Below, one piece after another: positions 25,570-38,142 of a DNA stretch of 64,000 bases (its first letter is position 1; each line of letters begins with the position of its first letter). Location of the stretch: assembly GCF_021869535.1 (NCBI RefSeq), contig NW_026262712.1, positions 59,396,001-59,460,000 on the forward strand, in the 5' to 3' direction. The notes under the pieces are model-generated. The model was not told the DNA's origin, searched no databases, and was given only the letters and a program-made list of their open reading frames with translations. The stretch comes from Mytilus californianus. Taxonomy: Eukaryota. Both the position numbers and the translations under genes were made by a program.

Positions 25570-26840
25570 GTCGACTATACGTCCACGAGGACATCATAAG
25601 CTCAGTATTCAGTACTTTTCTACTTGTGTTATTTATAATATACCTTTCTAAAATTCATTTATGCATCCCTCACTTACTTTCACAATTAAATGTTCATAAA
25701 TCAAAAATCATTACGAAATTTAGTTTCAAACTCCGGCAAAGCAGGTTTCTTTTCAACATTAAGATATTCATGTATTCATACTTTCAGATAGTTTTATATA
25801 AGCGTTCCTAAATAAGATAACTCAAGTTACATTTGTCTCTTTTCAACTAAATGATATACATCTCCTTCAGAATGTAGTCTCTAAAATATTGACAGTTATT
25901 CAAATCAACTAGTACATATTGCTATTAGTACTATTGCGGTCCTGTAACAAACGATGCAATATGTATGCCAACCTTCAGTAATATGCACAGATATACACTG
26001 ATGTCACCATATTCAACGTATTTATTCTAGTCATTGTTTTGTTGTAGGCTTGTTAAAAGACAGGGATGTAACAAACCATGCAAGAGTATATATAACCATC
26101 AGTGCTGTGAGGGTTGGTATTGCCATCACCGTATATGTGCGCTAATACGTAGCTAGTGAGTTCGGGTATATCCGTTATTTACAGGTCCTAGCAATATTAA
26201 CAGAACCAATGAAATATCATCTGTTTAAATCTGAGACCTGCAAAATTGAATATCAGACAAACTGTGACCAAAATCTGTAATTTTTTTCTGAAGAACTTTG
26301 TTATTGTATTTTATTTTATTTTTTTTTTTTTTTTTTTTTCTTGGAATACAATGATTTCACTTTCAGGAATGGGAGAAGGTATTTTCATGTTGAAAGTATG
26401 TAACGGATTACCCATACACACAGTTCATATTATAATAATAAGGTTCTGGGCTGATATGCATAAAACCGCTTAAGTTAAGATATCCAATCGTAGTATTAAT
26501 CTATCGTACGACATGCAGAAAAATCCGTCCGTTCGCAACAAATCTTCACTTAAGTAGTTTTATGCATATCAGCCCTGCTGCATATGCATTTGTATTTGTT
26601 TTAAGCCTTTAAATGAATACCCAGTTAAAGGCTTTTAAAATAAGGAATTGAGAAGAGGGAACTGAAAGTTACTATACACTGCTTTTCACCATCTATAAAT
26701 GATTAGAAGTTATAAATGAGATCCAAATGAACTGACGTAATAAGCAAAGTAGCTCAAGAAAATAAAACTTTGATATCAATAGGTAGATTGCACAGTTCTG
26801 TTTAAACGCTCATGGGAAGGATAGGATATACGGCAAATAC

Positions 26841-27425
26841 ATTTATCCTGCTGAACTGACTTTAAATAAAGCTAATACTAACAATAAACACTGTCCTTTC
26901 CTAGATCTTGATATCTATATCTTTAACGGGAAAGTTAATACCAAAATTTATGATTAAACAGATCATTTTCCATTACCTATTGTTAATTACCCATTTTTAG
27001 ATGGTGACATTCCATTGTCACTATCTTATGGTGTTTATATATTTCAACTTGTTCAGTTCGCTCGTGTATGTAACAACGTAATTGATTTTAACGAAAGAAA
27101 TCTCTATATTACTGAAAAATTTTTACACCAGGGTTTTCGATATCACAAACTAGTCACAACATTTACTAAATTTTATCGTTGATACAAGGACATCATTCGT
27201 AAATATAAATCAACATGCAGACGTTCAGGTATTTCACATCCAGTCTTTTATGGTAATATTCTATACAAAGCACAAAAATGTCGGCCCTCACCTCAAAAGC
27301 TAACCAAACCTTTAAACAGACTTATTCCGAAGGGATATAGCTACGATACTGTTGTCCGGTCATTAAAGATGGCATATTTTGGTAATAATATTGATTCACT
27401 CATAGGGTCTTAGCATCGGAAATAA
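26841..27425 (+). pseudogene. Penelope-like (Naiad-type) reverse transcriptase C-terminal remnant
   Basis: One frame reads IYPAELTLNK..CPFLDLDIYI..KIYD*..IVNYPFLDGDIP..SYGVYIFQLVQFARVCN..FNERN..QGFRYHKL..FYR*Y.., with three internal stops. Confidence 0.85.
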
Positions 27426-27720
27426 ACACATTTATTTTAAAACCAGTTGTTGGCATGATACGGGTTATGTTCTTCTCATATATTTTATGATGGTATGAAA
27501 CTAAACCCCTAACGGGAGGGATTTTGCTTGATTTTCATATGATGAAGACATAATCTTTCAATCAGTTTAATGAGGTCTGGAGCTGGCATGTCAGTAACTG
27601 CTAGTAGTCCTTTGTTAATGTGTGTACCATTGTCATTTTGATTAGTTTCTTTTGTTACCTTTTTTGACATCGGACTCTGACTTCTTTTAAACTGAGTTTT
27701 ACTGTGCGTATTGCTGTGTC
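27426..27720 (+). mobile_element. 3' UTR of the same PLE, truncated before the twister motif
   Basis: Directly follows the ORF stop and matches the reverse complement of ~52385-52620. Confidence 0.85.
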
Positions 27721-28139
27721 TAAGTTGTTGATAGCCGAACTCATAATCTCCCACATCTCATGTTAAAGCAGATATAACACGCACAGCAATGACCGTTATG
27801 ACGGTATGGTCTTCCATTACATCCCTGTCTTTTAGCAAGCCTAAAACAAAATAATAACTTAAAAAAAACGTTCGATTAAAATCTATACTCACATATTTTG
27901 TTTATTGGATAGTGCATATTACTCCTGGTAGGAATCTTTATTGCAGTGTGTGTTGCAGTTACGCGTAGTGTACAAGCACGGATAGCAATATCAGTTCTTA
28001 ATTCGAAAAAAGTATAAAAGTTTATATTCTGATGAAGCTGTTTATATCATCAAGTTGTAAAGTCAACTACATTTACAAATGTAACAGGATCTGCCTTGTT
28101 CATGACCGCTCAAATCCAGATATTTAAAAGGTAAAAAAA

Positions 28140-29380
28140 ACGGAGACAAAAACACCACAGGGATATTCAAACTCATATGTCGAAAATAATCTGACAACGC
28201 CATGACAAAAAGACAAACACCAAAAGACAAATAACTTTACACAAAACACAACATATATAAAAATGTATAAAGATTAAGCTACACGAACCCCACCTGAACC
28301 TCAGGGTGATACCAGGTGCCGCTAAAGGGTAAGCAGATGTGGCACCCGTCGTATTGCTCATGTAAGTACAAAACTGGTGATAAGTCGTCTTCGGTAGGTC
28401 GTATTCCAGGAAGAAGACCGCATTGAGGGTATGACAATTGGAACATAATCGTCGTAATCTGAAAAACAGAATTCCAGAACAGCCAATCAGTTCGCAATGG
28501 GTCTGTGACATTAGCAAACGGGATGATTCTAATTTCACGACTTGGAACTTTTGATTTAATACCCTCCTTGCGAGCCTCAACCCTCTATCAAGGAAATCAT
28601 GATAGGAATTACAAGCCCTAGAATATCGTATCAACTTGGAGAAATATACACCATATACGGGCGCAGCTTGAATGTTGCTACATTGAAATTGAAAGTTAAC
28701 AATTGGGAAGCTGAGAACCTCATTGTCAATTTAAATATGTAAGTCAAGATATTAGGCAGGTTTAACTGTATCAGTTGTATCCTTCATCTCGAGTTCGGTG
28801 AGATAGAGGTGTTCAACTTAGTCACCAAATTTTGAATTATTTAATCGGAGAACATATTCTATATATCGGAAAGTGGCGTTAAAGGATAATGTTAACTTAT
28901 TTTCTTTCTACCTAAGACGTTTCTGTTTGAAGTCAGCCTCATCTGAATAAAGAAACAAGTCAGCCAGAAGAGGTGAACATTTGGTTACAATTAGAATGCT
29001 GATTGTTTGTTGAATAACACACCCTTTAAACGTAACAAATATGTTGTCAATCGAAAAATCAAGAATCTTGATGATGTCAATTCAAGATGATTTTTTGTTT
29101 GAATCAGAGTGATTATTTACAAAATGATGGCATGGGAATACTTGTGTAAAGTGTGAAAAGGAAACAAGTTTTGTATTTACAATTGCAAAATGAAAGAGTC
29201 TTAGATTGTATAAACTCTAAAAGATCTATAGAATCTTTTAGTATCCACATCTGATTCACGCCACCTCTAGAATATGTTGTTTCACAGGACGGTGTGAAAA
29301 CCAAAATACGTGAATAGCTGTATGACGATAAATAGACCTTAGAGTAATAGCAAAACAAATCTAAGTCTTCTTTGCCAGAG
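28140..29380 (-). mobile_element. Second Naiad-type PLE: decayed RT core plus 3' tail
   Basis: Minus strand NQMWILKDSIDLLE, PLLADLFLYSDEADF, FRYIEY (decayed YIDD, ~28855-28870), ELEMKDTTD, YLDL, IRYSRACNSYHDFLDRG. Non-coding tail at 28140-28400. Confidence 0.85.
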
Positions 29381-29639
29381 GGGGTTTAATTTTGTTTTGA
29401 GAGGATTTGTCATTATGATCAGCAATTTAGATCAAGAGTGGTACATAATCCTACAAGATCGTGGCCTTCTACTGATGGCGTTTTATGGTAAACTGTTATA
29501 TAGTTTCAAAACAGCAAATATATTAAGTAACGTGCTATATTGTACATTTACAGTTAGCAAATGGGGAATCAGAAAGTAACAAAATTCAACAGACAAGTGT
29601 AAGTAATCGAACATGCTGGGATTATAACTTTAAGGGTGC

Positions 29640-31170
29640 TTATTATCGATAGTTTTTGTTATCATTCCTGTTTGAAATGCAGATTGACACACCCTTTCGC
29701 TTTCTGTCCTAAACAAGTAAATACCAAAGAAAATTATCCTCGCTTCCCAAATGCAAACATTGGAACATATCAAAATACAATGAGACGTTTTTCATATTTT
29801 GCACTTAGGACTCAATATATTTTCAAAGAACAGATAACTCAACACAAGGATTTTCAACCCGAGGAAGCTTATTCCATGACAAAGAATGGCTGCACCCCAA
29901 ATATTTAACTATTTCTAAATTTGATATTTTTCCGAATCTTCCATTTATCAGTTGGACGTATCTTGTATAGTATCTTCGTTTCGATAATGTTTTAGAACTC
30001 ATTTATAGCAAAAATAATACTTCAAGTGAAAGCCGCTGGTCTGCAAATTACAAATATCAGTTTGGGTGGCTATAGATAACCAGATGACAATTATCAAGCT
30101 GCCAATGGAGTTGGTTCACTATTTCATAGTTTTGGCCATAAAAATCTAAGAAAAATAAACAGTCATAATGTTGTAAAGATTTGAAATATGTGTTTGAAAG
30201 TCAAATTCTTTCTATTAAAGAAGATTTCCATCGATTGCGTCAGTAGTGGTGTACGTTTGATGTCATAAATGTAGGTAAATTTCGTTTAAATCTGAGTTTA
30301 TGGCATAACTTCTTGGCAAAATGCATTAAAGTTTTCTGAAGGATTAGCGCTATCAATCCATCACAAGCCCATACTTTTTTACTATTCATCCAAACATATC
30401 AAGGGGCAAGGGTTGGCTCCACAAATGACCATATGAAAAGAGGACTAAAGAGTGAAAAAATTCCAGAAATATGGGTTGACTGAAATGTATTCCTATTTCA
30501 ACCTCATATATTCATACTATATGAAGCAGATATTTGATTTTTTATATCATACATTTAACAACACAAACACATTAAATTTACTCAAACAATTGATGTTAAA
30601 ATTGTTAAGAGTCGTTTTGGGGGTTACTGTCTCTACTCCGTGTATACGTAATATGCATTCTATGCATTAGAAACAATTATAACGTACTAACAATAATGTA
30701 TTCGATGATGTATGATTTGGATGTTGTTTATGAAGATCTCTGGCATACTGCCTTTAATGATCCATTTTAGTTATTCATATAATTAACTTATTGGTGCAGT
30801 TTTTTCGTCAGGAGAACATCATATAAAAAGTACGTTTACTGTTAACTTATCTATATATATTTGAAAACGCTGCACGACTAGGCAGAGGGTATGGTACAGC
30901 TGGGAAAATGGGAGTTGGTATTGAGTGAGATTGTCACGTTTATCATAAATCCTTGTTTGATGTCGCCGGCCTTAGCCTATATCAAGTGAAGATCTACAAC
31001 TTGAGACCGCCTTATAGTATATGTAATATCTTATATTTCAAGGTCGCTACGACACTTTTAAATGCACTTGCTGCAATGTGTGTTTTGGCTGACAGAATTT
31101 TACAAAAGATATATCTGCATGTGAAATTAAAAAACTTGGCAAGATTTGTTATATACGTTTGATTCCTTTA
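29640..31170 (+). pseudogene. Unidentified decayed, apparently intronless coding sequence; 30845-31015 is paralogous to 63114-63273
   Basis: Protein-like stretches broken by stops and frameshifts. The paralogous pair keeps one reading frame with several synonymous differences (GKMxVGIE..KSLFxVAxLS.xQVKIxxLRxPY). Confidence 0.4.
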
Positions 31171-33472
31171 GATATGTTTTGTATGATGTTAGTTTAGAAT
31201 GAGTACAATACAAAAACAAAACACCAGTATTTTGATAATATCCTTTTCGGCGTATTCGATGATGGAATCAAGTATTTCTTTACAATGTTAGATTTTGCGT
31301 GAACTAAAACACTTAACTGTATCTACCACTATGTGGAATGAGAAGATGTTATGAATATTTATTTCAACATGAAGAGTATAAATTTATAGTGTAAAGATGT
31401 TTAAGAAAAATGATATTATTGCAAACTTGTTATGCTTTTTATTGATATATTTTGGAGTAGATTTATTTAATTTTCGAGAAACCGAATATGATTGGCACCG
31501 CCAGTTAAGTATACATCATGACAATATTTTAACTTCAAAATAATGATGTCAATCGTTTACCAATCTGTTTTCACAATAGGCCTATTTAGACTAAGCCAGT
31601 GTTTGGACAGTGTTCTGCAGTTTTGTGGTTTTCGATGCTCTTCAGCTTCGTTATTTTATTTGGCCTCCGTACTGTTTTGAATCAAGCATGATGAATCCAC
31701 ATTGATATTATTCACAAGATTGAACAAAAACACTTGTACATCATAGAGTTAAAATTAAAAATGTTCTAAAAATACCTTCATGTTGTTAATATGTAACCGT
31801 TGAACTACAACATGTCATGATTTATTTTATTTATTTTTATGCCCAAAACCGAGATCTTTCAGTGACATCTTAAGATTAGTCATATCATATCACGTGGATT
31901 TATACAAAAAAGACATTAAAAGGAGACTAGATAGGAGTACTCTAATAGTGCTACCTGATTCCTGTATTGTGAAGATATTTGCTTGATAATTAGTCCTTAG
32001 TTGTTTGCACTTATAACTACATTTGTGGTGTACATATGTGGTGATGCAAGTCAGATATGTTATTGCCGTATTAGTTAAATCACGAGGCTATCATATGGTG
32101 CTTTGTTAAATTCAATCTCAACTTTGTAATTTTAAGCATAATTGTTCATGTTGAGCTTTGTTGTATCTTTTTATGTACCTCCTCTGCAAGTCCATTGGTC
32201 GCTAGTATAAGGAGTCGGTTGAAATGGAAAAAAAAAAGAGTCAAGTTCCACTCTGCCTCTTAATTTGTCTGTCCCTAGGCAGAGGCTACCAAACTTTGTC
32301 ATATCTAAATGTTTTATTTTTGTTTTTGTTTGTATGTTTTTTTATTTGGAGAATTCCATATTGAACGTAGAACTGTGCTTTTTTCGGTTAGAATCATTCA
32401 CCACATGTATGAACTGCAGACAATTTACAGCTTCTCAAATTGTGAAGAAATATCTGTAAGGGGACCGTAGAAAAAGCGAAAACTAATTGAATAGTATTTA
32501 CAATATCTCTTTTGGTTCGAACTTCTTTTTCTGAAATGAGCTTTATTTGTTCATTAAGTATATTACAGACTCAGATTAAACCCAATTGCCACAGCAGTTT
32601 TTTAAAAGGCTAAGGACGAAGTTGTAAATAATTGTGTGTCACCGTGCGACATTCAACATGGAGTAAAATGTCCGAATAGACAAAATGTGTGACAATTACA
32701 AATCCCTTATAGCTTTCTGTATAATACAACAATAAACGATTAACAACTATGGCAGTCAACAACCGAAGATAACCGTCTTTTGTTCTAGAACAAGCATTAA
32801 AGGTATTTAAAACACACACACTATCTCTACAGTGGTGATTTAATTGAAAGTTCGAACAAACACAGTGAGAATCAGTGGGACAGTGAGCTAGAACTATAGA
32901 AAATTCAAGAAGTGCAATGCCTGTTTATCTTTTAATTACATTTTTAGTGACCAGGTTTTGGCTATACATTCTATTACGGATACTTGTATTCGTACTTTCA
33001 CATGTATCCGTCTAACGTAACACACAAACATTAAGGGAATCGCTTGTACTTCAAAAAGAAAGAGTGACCGGATGTATGCGTCCACAAGTTCTGATCTTTA
33101 AAATGTCGCCCTCGGAAATAGGACACAACCGATATAATATCATCTAAGGGATACATTTTTATATAATGATCACATCTCAATTTATGTAAAAGTAAAGTGC
33201 CATATTTGTTTGTAAAAAGATTTCTAAAGCTATAACAAAATTTTTGAACCAAATTTTTGCTTCAATGAATTAATTTGGTGATGGTGAAATCGCTGATTAG
33301 ATAATTTTCAATGTATACATAGCATGCATAGATAACATTTATATTCTAATAAGAAACTGCCGCGAGAGTGTATTTACCGCAAAAATTCATAAACAAAACA
33401 TTTGGATTTTTGGAGAATTTTTGTCAGGGTAATTCAATAACTTAAACATTGTCTTGATAATTTATCAGTAAA

Positions 33473-34006
33473 TAAAGGCAACAGTAGTATACCGCTGTCC
33501 AATAGTCATAATTCGATTAAGCAAACCAAATCCGGGTAACAAACTAAAATCGAGAGAAACACATCAACTATAAGAGGAAAACTACGGAACAGCAGAAACA
33601 CTGAACTAAATCAAAAGCAAACGCCATCATACATAGAAACGGAATGTCTGATAACAACTGCCATATTCCTGACTTGGTACAGGACATTTTGCGATAAATG
33701 ATGGGTTGAAAATGGTTTTATGGCTAGCCAAACTTTCTGCTTATATGGCAATGTTTAAAAATGACAACACTACGTGACATGAATACAGTACAGACAAACA
33801 CAAGAACACTCAGCACAGAGAAATACATAAATAAATAATATAATAGTACATTACAACATGTAAACAGCAGAATAACAACGGACACCTCTCATGAATTTAC
33901 GACAGCACACCAGGACATCACAAACGAAATATAAACTGTGCGTCACATGAATGGATACAACGTCACAAAAAGTTAAGTATTTTTTGTGACGTTTATATTA
34001 TCACAG
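33473..34006 (-). mobile_element. PLE-type 3' module insertion containing a twister motif, possible GTAAA TSD
   Basis: Absent from the paralog (atcagtaaaacatata at ~44505-44520). gtaaa lies at 33468-33472 and 34007-34011. Confidence 0.75.
33659..33750 (-). ncRNA. Twister ribozyme-like motif, type P5, ACC/UACCAAGU subfamily (degenerate)
   Basis: P5 UGCCAUAU/AUAUGGCA is perfect and P4/L4 reads CCUG-UACCAAGU-CAGG. GAGG has decayed to GAAA and ACC to AUC. Confidence 0.6.
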
Positions 34007-37000
34007 GTAAAACATAGATAACGTTCGCTAAAATCTAAAACTCACTACAGACACGATCATTATTTTCTTTATCTTTCTATATATATTGTAATATTCTCCT
34101 TTTTAGACACTGTTATTTAAAAATCCTCGACTATGTTTTCAACATTGCTTTGCGATACATACACACACAAATCTTTCAATTTTGCCATAAATATATTTCA
34201 TCATGATATAAATTGAAGAAATTGTAATGACATTAGTTTTGCAACTGATCTTTTACTGGTTTTTCGATGAATCTATATCAACGGACTTGTCTCCGTTATT
34301 TTATTGCTTCATTCAATTGAGATATACTCAAATATTGAAATTAATTTACTTCAAACAAGTGTATATGGCAAAGTGACAGCAAACAAAAGTTAGATAAAAT
34401 GCACATCAGTCTACGGACTTCAATTATGGAAAAACTGCATCGGAATCTCGTGCTCGTCTTGTGTTCATGGTGTCTTTGGTTCGATCCTCAGAAAAAGATA
34501 AGCCAAAGAATTCAACATCGGTATGTGTTTCTTTTGGCTATCTGAGCAAATAATGGACGGCTTTGACATGTTTGAGTAAAAATCCGAACATAGCGACATT
34601 TCTGTTTTTTTCAAACGCAACTGTCAGATAGACTTTGTCATCCATAATTAGTAGAAATCTTACGAATAATCTTTGAGTTATGTCCAACATTTTAATTTCA
34701 AGACTCGGTAGTTTTTGAACTTTTACACGGTAAACGTGCATTGGTTTTATAAATTATATAGTCTATTTCATATCCATGTATTTGTTGAAGGACTCAGCAG
34801 TAGAAATGCATAAAATGAGTCAAAATAATATTTTGTTGTGATGACATTTGTAATAGAGAGAGTATAATGATAAAAAAAGTTGTCATTATTAATATTAATA
34901 TTTTATATGTTTACAATAATCGTATTCAAGTTTTATCATTATTATTTTATGTATTTGTATGATATGTTTAAGAATACTTTTTAAAATCATTTTCCTTATT
35001 TATTTGGATAAATGGCTAAATGTATTTATTTGAATAAAATTACCAATTATTATTATGGTACAACATGTACTGCACCAGGTGCATAATTCGACAATAAATG
35101 TATGTTCAACGATCCTCGATGCCTATACGTCAGTATATAGATGACATAACATTGTACCTAGGCTGGAAAATTAAATGTCTTGCATATTTTCATGTAGGTT
35201 GAGATCCGTAATGAGTATAATGCTTATATATTTACCTTTTAAATTCGTATATAACAATATTGTCCATCAAATTAAAATGGTTATCGTACAATAAATTCAA
35301 TCTATTTGATCATCAAAAAATAGTTGTATTGGTATATACGCATGAACCATGTACTTTGACATGTTAAAAGGAAACAATTTAAAATTTCCAATAAGCATTC
35401 AGTCACAGTTCCTCACCTACTATAGTCTGAATTCTGTTCAGGAATATTTTTTTTTTCGGAATTTAATAAAAACAATTACATCATGGATACCAGTAAATAG
35501 ACTTCCTACCTTTTTAAATCTACTATTGTTTGTCTTTTTGTTTTCGTTTCCCTTTATTTTTAAGAGAGTACCCAACACTAAAATAGATTTGTTTCGTTAA
35601 CTTTCGTAAAATGTTTGACTTTGACCTGTTGACAAAAATGTACAAATTTCAAGAAATTTGAACCATGCAATTTACAGGAATAAATTTGTTGGATACATAA
35701 GAATTTGACAAACACTAATTTTGATCACTGGGATTTTTTTTTTCTTTACACATAGTATCTGATTTAAAAGTTTAGTTGATTTTTAAAGATGTGTAGGTGT
35801 ACTGTACCCCCTTAAGTCATGACATGTGAGTCGTTTTTAAATTCATTAAACTTACCTTATGAAAGCTCCCAACTGTTTATTACAATATGGTTTTCTTAAC
35901 TTAAACAATATGTATTATTAGAAAGTAAACATAACAGGAAATTTTAGACGAAATAAATACCTTTTAACTTCATAAATAATATGACATTATATCCAATGCT
36001 AGAAATGTCAGGAGCTGTAAAATAACTTTTACTTATTTGAGGTAAGTAACAGACGTATAATGAATTTGTCATTGACGATGGAAAATTATTCAATTGTGAT
36101 TGTCTCCCATTTAACAAAATTTTTTTTTTTTATTGAAATGCATACGTATGTATGGTATGTGAAATGGATCATATACTAAAGTAAAGATTGAAATATCTTG
36201 CAATCCGGACTTCTCTAGTGGATTATCAACTGACTATTAAAAACAGAAAGCGAGTTATGATGTTTTTATTCTGGTTATAAGGAAGAAAACTTCGAATTCA
36301 ATGGAAACAGATTTAGAGAAACAGGTTGTGAAACTGAATTAGTGCGATGGTTATATTGTTGACTGAACTGTCAGCTTAGGTAAATTCCCTTACCTGGAGA
36401 CATTTTCTAATACAATACTATTTGTTGGTTTCTGATATGTATGTTTACCAGGAAGTTATTTCAATATTTTCATTTTTCTTGTTATTGAGAATAATTTTGA
36501 TTATCATATGTAAATTGCCACATCCTTACTTTTTTATCATATACTTGCATTCAACATGTTCAAAATAAAAGAAAAGTAGAGCAAGCATTTCCAAGAGATA
36601 TTGAAAATCAAAAATACTGAAGACATACTATATTCTTTTTACTAATATAACATAATTTGCGTTCCTGAAAAAGGATTTAGTCACTATTATGCTGACTATT
36701 TATAGAATGTTAGTGTTTTCTATATCATATACGGTCGTCATACGGATCGTAATCGATAGCATGGGTCCGGAATGTTTGAATCTTTTGTTGGATTCATCAT
36801 TTTACACGGTAGCTACACTAACAATTAAAAATTAAACAACAAACAATCTCAAATACGTTTGATGTAGTTAAGTCCTCCGGAAGGGATATTTGTTCCTTCA
36901 CCATTAGTTATCAATTGATACACATTTCTGGGGTTAATTCAATTGTTTTTCTTTTTCTTTTTTTTTTATACTCTGTTATTTGTTATTTTGATAATTTTCT

Positions 37001-37804
37001 TTTAGTAATAATCAAAATAATAAACATGTATATAAATACCCTATACCTCCATCATATTGACATATTACACATTATAAAAGGATTAAACTGATGTTTTAAA
37101 TAATAGTTCTACATTTATTCCGTTTGATGAACCACGTTTTAAAATGTCTTAATTAATGTTTCGCGATTACATATCTTTACCCCTACTTGTATAATGGGTG
37201 GCTGGGCTTGCGAAATAGTTTATATTTTAGTTAAGTATCTGAGTTATCCTATAAACACAGTGGAATATCTTTTGACAAAGAACTACCGACCTTGCATATA
37301 CTAACAAATGAAACTCATTAGTATTCGGCACTTTCTTTGTATGGATCATATTCGATTGTCAGTTTGCCAGTTTACATTCTATGAAAAAGTAAAAATGAAA
37401 CTAGTTAAATAGATGAAAATAACGTTTACTGACTTATCAAGAAATTGTCCCAGCTTCACCGGTTTTCACACTATACATATGATTAATTTTGAATGCTTCT
37501 CGTTTAAATCATTTTTTCTTGCAAACTGGAGATATTCCAATTTGAATAATGTTCCTTTTCCAATTACAAATGATTTATACATTTCTGATATGTATTAGGT
37601 AGTATTCCAAAAGTTTTGACAGCTAAGTATGTCTATCAAACAAGAGTCGAAAGATACCATATGGATATTCACACTCATAAGTAAAAAACAAACTTATAAT
37701 GCCACCACGAAAATTCGTTAATTTTGCTTAAGTCCAGTGTAAATGCTATGTTTATAGCTTTTCTTTCAATGAATGTCGGTCTTGAAAATTCAGAGGGCAT
37801 AAAT

Positions 37805-38142
37805 ATATAAATAAGAAGATGTGGTATGACTGCAATTGAGACAGCTTTCCACAAGAGACCAAACGACACAGAAATTAACAACTATAGGTCACCGTACGAC
37901 CTTCAACAATTAGCAAAACCCATACGCATACTCAGCTACACATGGCCCCGAAATGACAAATGTAAAACAAATTAAACGAGAAAATAAACGGCCTAATTCA
38001 TGTACAAAATAATGAACGAAAATCAAATATGATACACAGCAACAAATGACAACCACTGAATTACAGGCTCCTGACTTGGGACAGGCACATACAGAATGTG
38101 GCGGGGTTAAACTAGTTTGAAGACGCCAACCCTCTGCTAACC
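37805..38142 (-). mobile_element. PLE-type 3' tail; twister motif at its 5' end (38052-38142)
   Basis: Minus strand AGCA-GAGG-G-UUGGCGUC-UUC-AAACUAGUUU-AA-CCCC-GCC-ACAU-UCUGU-AUGU-GC-CUG-UCCCAAGU-CAGG. Core is intact but the P2 partner is damaged. Confidence 0.75.

Larger units (their letters stand above)
32985..34700 (+). repeat. Segmental duplication copy 1 (paralog 43895-45140), interrupted by a 534-bp insertion
   Basis: Long collinear similarity, e.g. gtactttcacatgtat..ctaacgtaacacaca and aaaatgcacatcagtctacggact in both copies. Confidence 0.9.

Noticed and set aside
27178-27184. In-frame TGA in the Naiad RT as a possible selenocysteine
   Set aside because: TAA and TAG stops occur in the same frame, and this TGA is easily explained by CGA>TGA decay. 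No SECIS was identified.
2140-28050. Other CTGATGA heptamers (~2157 minus, ~12025 minus, ~12625, ~16913, ~28030) as hammerheads
   Set aside because: No stem II followed by GAAA and no stem I/III pairing.
28290-28355. HDV-like ribozyme call for the second Naiad tail
   Set aside because: L3 would be too long, P1 needs a bulge, and J4/2 lacks the conserved C-R-A-A. Kept only as an unexplained structure.
31625-31700. Remnant of a repeat that may once have carried a hammerhead (caagcatgatgaatcc)
   Set aside because: The core is deleted or mutated and cannot be folded.
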